Assembly: GCA_047495785.1 (NCBI GenBank)
Contig: JBLDXI010000007.1
Span: forward strand, 3,472,001-3,536,000
DNA from: Lepidodermella squamata
Taxonomy: Eukaryota > Animalia > Gastrotricha
DNA length: 64,000 nucleotides
Direction of reading: 5' to 3'
In this document: in pieces, positions 60,448 to 64,000 of the stretch
How the letters are laid out: each line of letters opens with the position of its first letter
Position numbering within the stretch: position 1 is the stretch's first letter
The notes under the pieces: model-generated
The model's input: only the letters and a program-made list of their open reading frames with translations
Databases searched by the model: none
What the model was told of the DNA's origin: nothing
Program-made: the position numbers and the translations under genes

Positions 60448-63400
60448 TTAATAATGCATCACAACCAGCGTGGCGTACAAATTGATTGTGAGGAAACAAG
60501 CCATGCTGAGAAAAAACACGGCGACATCTATCGCCCGAGCGTAGCTGAATGCTGAATGCAGAATAGTAATCCCATCCTCCTCGGACAGCAGGTTAGGATA
60601 GCGTGAAGTCGCCGCAAACATAACAGCCGCATACAACGTGATCAACGCAGTCAGACCGCATAAAATCAATATATACTCAGCCATTAGCACAGATTCCGAC
60701 GTTTCAGGAATGCTGCGTAGAACATCAGATTGAATGACAATCATGCTTAGCAACCAGAAAATGCTGGACGATCAGGACAGTCTGGCTGGAAAAGTAACGA
60801 TCCAAATACCAAAATCATCAGAATCGCACACGGTGCCATATTGTTGATCAGGTAGGCGCAGGTTGACGCGAGAAACCAACCGTAAAAATCGCGTAACTTG
60901 ATGTCCCATTTTTACGGAGTGCTGATGATGTAATTCCATAGGCATGAGTTGATGATTGAAGGTTCCACAGCTCGTTCTCGAAAGCTCCGTCGAATAACAA
61001 CCGAGATCCATCGAAATTCAGCAATTTATCAGCCTCATCCAAAACGAAGGTAAAATCACATTTCTGCGAGTCGAATGGGAATTTTCGCAGTCTCAAGCTG
61101 CATTGCGCTGTCAAGACGCCAAATCGCATCCAATGGAAAAACAGCGTCCGATTCGGGCTTGTTGGGTAATAGACGATGTGAACTTGCTCTTTCCAAGCCA
61201 CGCTTTCCTGATACAAATCCGACGATGTGTTTGCAAATCGCATGCTTGGAACCCAGACGTCGTTACGATTGACCGTATAGACGCGATCAGCTTCATTCAC
61301 ATTAGGAGCCGTTACATCCATTGGGCAGTTATAAACCGGCCATTGAACGGTCAGTTCTACCCCAGCCTGCATTTCTCTAGCAGTGGCGTCGATATCGACT
61401 AAGTTTTCGAATTCAAGTGTTATGTACAGCTTTGTACCTGGTATTGGAGATCTGAAGCACAGAATTAACTCATTGGACCTATGAGGTAAATCCTTACCTG
61501 TTCTTCGGGCTGATAAACTTGCACGTCGTCAAATCGTCGAGTCGAATCAACGGAACTTCATTACCGTCAATCAGATTCGGAATTTTGAATGCGGGCGAAT
61601 TACTGGCGAAGTCGTATGTTCTAACAACGGGCGTGGTTGGTATTGCTGTCGTCGACACTGAAGCTTTGAGAGCCCAAACACGCATATTACCTACTGTCAC
61701 ATCGCCACTTGCCCCGTTTAAGCCATACATGTGAATTTTTGCGTTTCGAGTCGCCGTTGAACCACGGATACTTACCTCTGGGAACAAGATAATCGCATTC
61801 CAGTTCGTATCATTCCTTATTGGAGCTATAGCGACCTAATAAACATAGCGGAAAATGTAACTCGAATCATCCTTCACGGAAATAACAAACTGTGATTCTA
61901 TCCTCAACTGTTTGGATGATGAGTCTGAATTCAGCATATCCGGAGCTGGTAAAGATGCCAGACATTGCCGAAGACTCAACGTTGTAGGTCAAGGGAATAG
62001 CCTCGGCGACTAGTTGGTCATCATAGGCAAGGTAGCACTTGCCTTTTTGACCCAGTTGAAGGGACAAATGTAGCCCTTTGAAATTGCTGAAGATGCCCAA
62101 GCGCCCGTTTGAGTCATTTCCTAAATTTCCCTTTGACATTGAACTGAGAAAACTTAATAAGAAACTCACCAACTGTCGCGAGATTCTCGGAAACTCCAAA
62201 TACAAAATATCCGAAAGAATTCGGATCGTATTTCGAGCTTACGTCCATTTCAGCTCGAAATCCGCCATCTGGCAATGCGTTCACGACAAAGGCTGAGCCG
62301 TAATCGATTGCCGGGTACGAAGTTAATTGTAGCCCATTAACATCGATACGAGCTCCTGACTGCAAAGAGAGATTCGCCGAGCTAGACGTTGACGGGTTCA
62401 GTATGTCGAATGAGTTTGCGACGAGATAATCAGGTGGAAATTCCCACATTTCGGGAAGTGATAATGATGCAACATCAGGCACTGGCAATTCACCCGAACC
62501 AGCAGTTGTGGGCGCTAATGTTGATTCAGTTGTAGTAATACTGGTGGATGAGCTCGGTGAACGGGTTGTTGAAGATTGACTTGTGGTTGGGCTCGCGGTA
62601 CTCGGACTAGTGATAACACCAGTCGTTGAAATACTCGTTATAGGGATGGTTGTTGTTGATTGACTAATTGAAGTTGATGGCTGATTGGTGGTTGTTGTCG
62701 AGGAAGATAGACTCGTTGAGGTTGAGGATGTAGTAGTAGGTTGATTTGAAGTGGTGCTGGTTATTGGTGACGTAGGTGATGTCGAAGAAGTCGGCAGCGT
62801 CGTAGTTGTAGTTGAGGGTGCCGTAGTCGTAGAAGATGAGGTCGAAGAGGGACTCGTAGACGGCGATGTGGACGTTGTTGGGGTGGTCGTTGTAGAAGTT
62901 GACTGTGTCGTAGAAGTTGTAGTTGGGGTGGTTGTAACTTGGGATGTACTGGTTGATGCAGTCGTTGCAGCAGGCGTTGAAGCTGTTGAAGACGTTGCAG
63001 CACTTGAAGAAAGTTTCCATAGATTAGCAGACTTGAGTGTGAAGTTACCTGCATGTTCAGGGGGATAAATATATCACTCAACACAAGCTTCAGTTTTCAA
63101 TAATTCTAATTGAATTCAGCGGAGACATAAAATTATGTCCCCACTGTTGTCTTCCATTCCCAAGTGATTGACGCAATTCACGTGGCTTTCAGTTGGGAAG
63201 ATTTACTCTCCGTGCTAATGGTCGCCTCAGTCCATTCGTTCTACTTATATCTAAATTTATTGATTTTTGTCCAAAGTGTTTTGAAAATATGTTTTCAATG
63301 CGCTTGTTGGAAATGAGCCAAATTCAAAATTCACAGATAGAAGCCCGTCGAAGGGCTTGGTTACGATTAGAAACATCACTAGTAGAACTTGAAAATCACC

Positions 63401-64000
63401 GTTATTCCCGCAAAATCCAAGCAGTCGGATTTTACAGCTACCGCCCCCAGCGATTGCGCCTACCCCAGAAACGGAGACGTCGCTGAAGCAAACAGCCGTT
63501 GGCGTTGCCCCGTTAGCCGGCAACTGTGCCACACCGGGCTGATGAGGTTGCAACAGGAGTAAGTGGCGGCTGCCCAGTTGCTGGCAGTCCAACAGCACCT
63601 ACGCCGGCGTAGGTAAAGCCATTCTGTCCAAACTGCTGCCAAACATGTAGCCCAGTAACCCCAGAAGCGTTTACTCCACCGGGACAAAAGTTGGCATCTG
63701 AATAAAAGTAAGTATACTTAGGCTTGTAAATACTTTCTGTTCAATGAATCTTCACATACATTGGCTGACCGCTGTGGATGAAAGCGTTACTCCACTCCAA
63801 TGATAGCTACCACCGGACGGGTATATCGTGTCGTAATCGATTTCCAACCGGAAATCGGTTGTGCCGCTCGGCATTGCTGTGCTGTAGCTCACCCTACCAC
63901 CCATTGTCGCAGGAGTCTGGACAAGCAGGCCGGCTGACGACTGCGAACCGCTTGGCAGGTATACAGAGCTGAAAAAGGCGCCGGCGGATGTACTGACTGT
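60448..64000 (-). pseudogene. Cys-loop channel subunit 3 with N-terminal lectin-like domain(s) and a mucin-like stalk; frameshifted; probably extends beyond the window
   Basis: Thr/Ser stalk ~63005-62495, beta-sandwich domain ~62480-61655, then LBD (WVPSM, CSLRLRKFPFDSQKC) and TM region, linked by in-frame GT-AG introns. Frameshifts at ~60856 and ~60755. A second copy of the domain at 63400-64000 is also frameshifted (~63540); its link to the channel is inferred. Confidence 0.75.

Noticed and set aside
62664-63084. Tyr/Asn-rich, Val-rich and Gln/Arg/Leu-rich ORFs
   Set aside because: Alternative-frame and antisense shadows of the Thr/Ser mucin-like frame.
1-64000. CRISPR array, rRNA, prophage or bacterial contamination
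   Set aside because: No repeat-spacer arrays or rRNA-like sequence were seen. The intronless genes belong to animal receptor families and are interleaved with spliced genes.

Overview
Gene-dense eukaryotic (animal) DNA with many short (~50-60 nt) GT-AG introns; the taxon cannot be fixed from the sequence. The supplied ORFs are mostly exon fragments, so gene models were rebuilt by hand from splice sites and reading frames. The left third (0.6-21 kb) has four single-copy genes: a ~1,780-aa NLR/STAND-like gene (CARD, NB-ARC, ankyrin, then a second degenerate NB-ARC), a low-complexity coiled-coil gene, a calcium-channel alpha2delta subunit, and a white-like ABCG transporter with a dense GATA-site cluster upstream. 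The rest (21-64 kb) is a cluster encoding only secreted or surface proteins: five GABA-B-like class C GPCRs, two full-length divergent Cys-loop channels plus a frameshifted copy and a 3' fragment, four EGF + lectin-like secreted-protein paralogs, a CAP/SCP protein and two Cys-rich secreted proteins. Several members are decayed. Highlights: (1) the double-NB-ARC NLR; (2) a 5'-truncated LINE inserted in frame into exon 4 of an EGF gene, predicting a signal peptide-EGF-EGF-reverse transcriptase fusion; (3) a Cys-loop channel fused to a mucin stalk and to the lectin-like domain also seen in the neighbouring secreted proteins; (4) class C GPCRs lacking the TM3-ECL2 disulfide; (5) head-to-head tRNA-derived SINE-like copies. 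All domain calls come from motifs read by eye, not from database searches.
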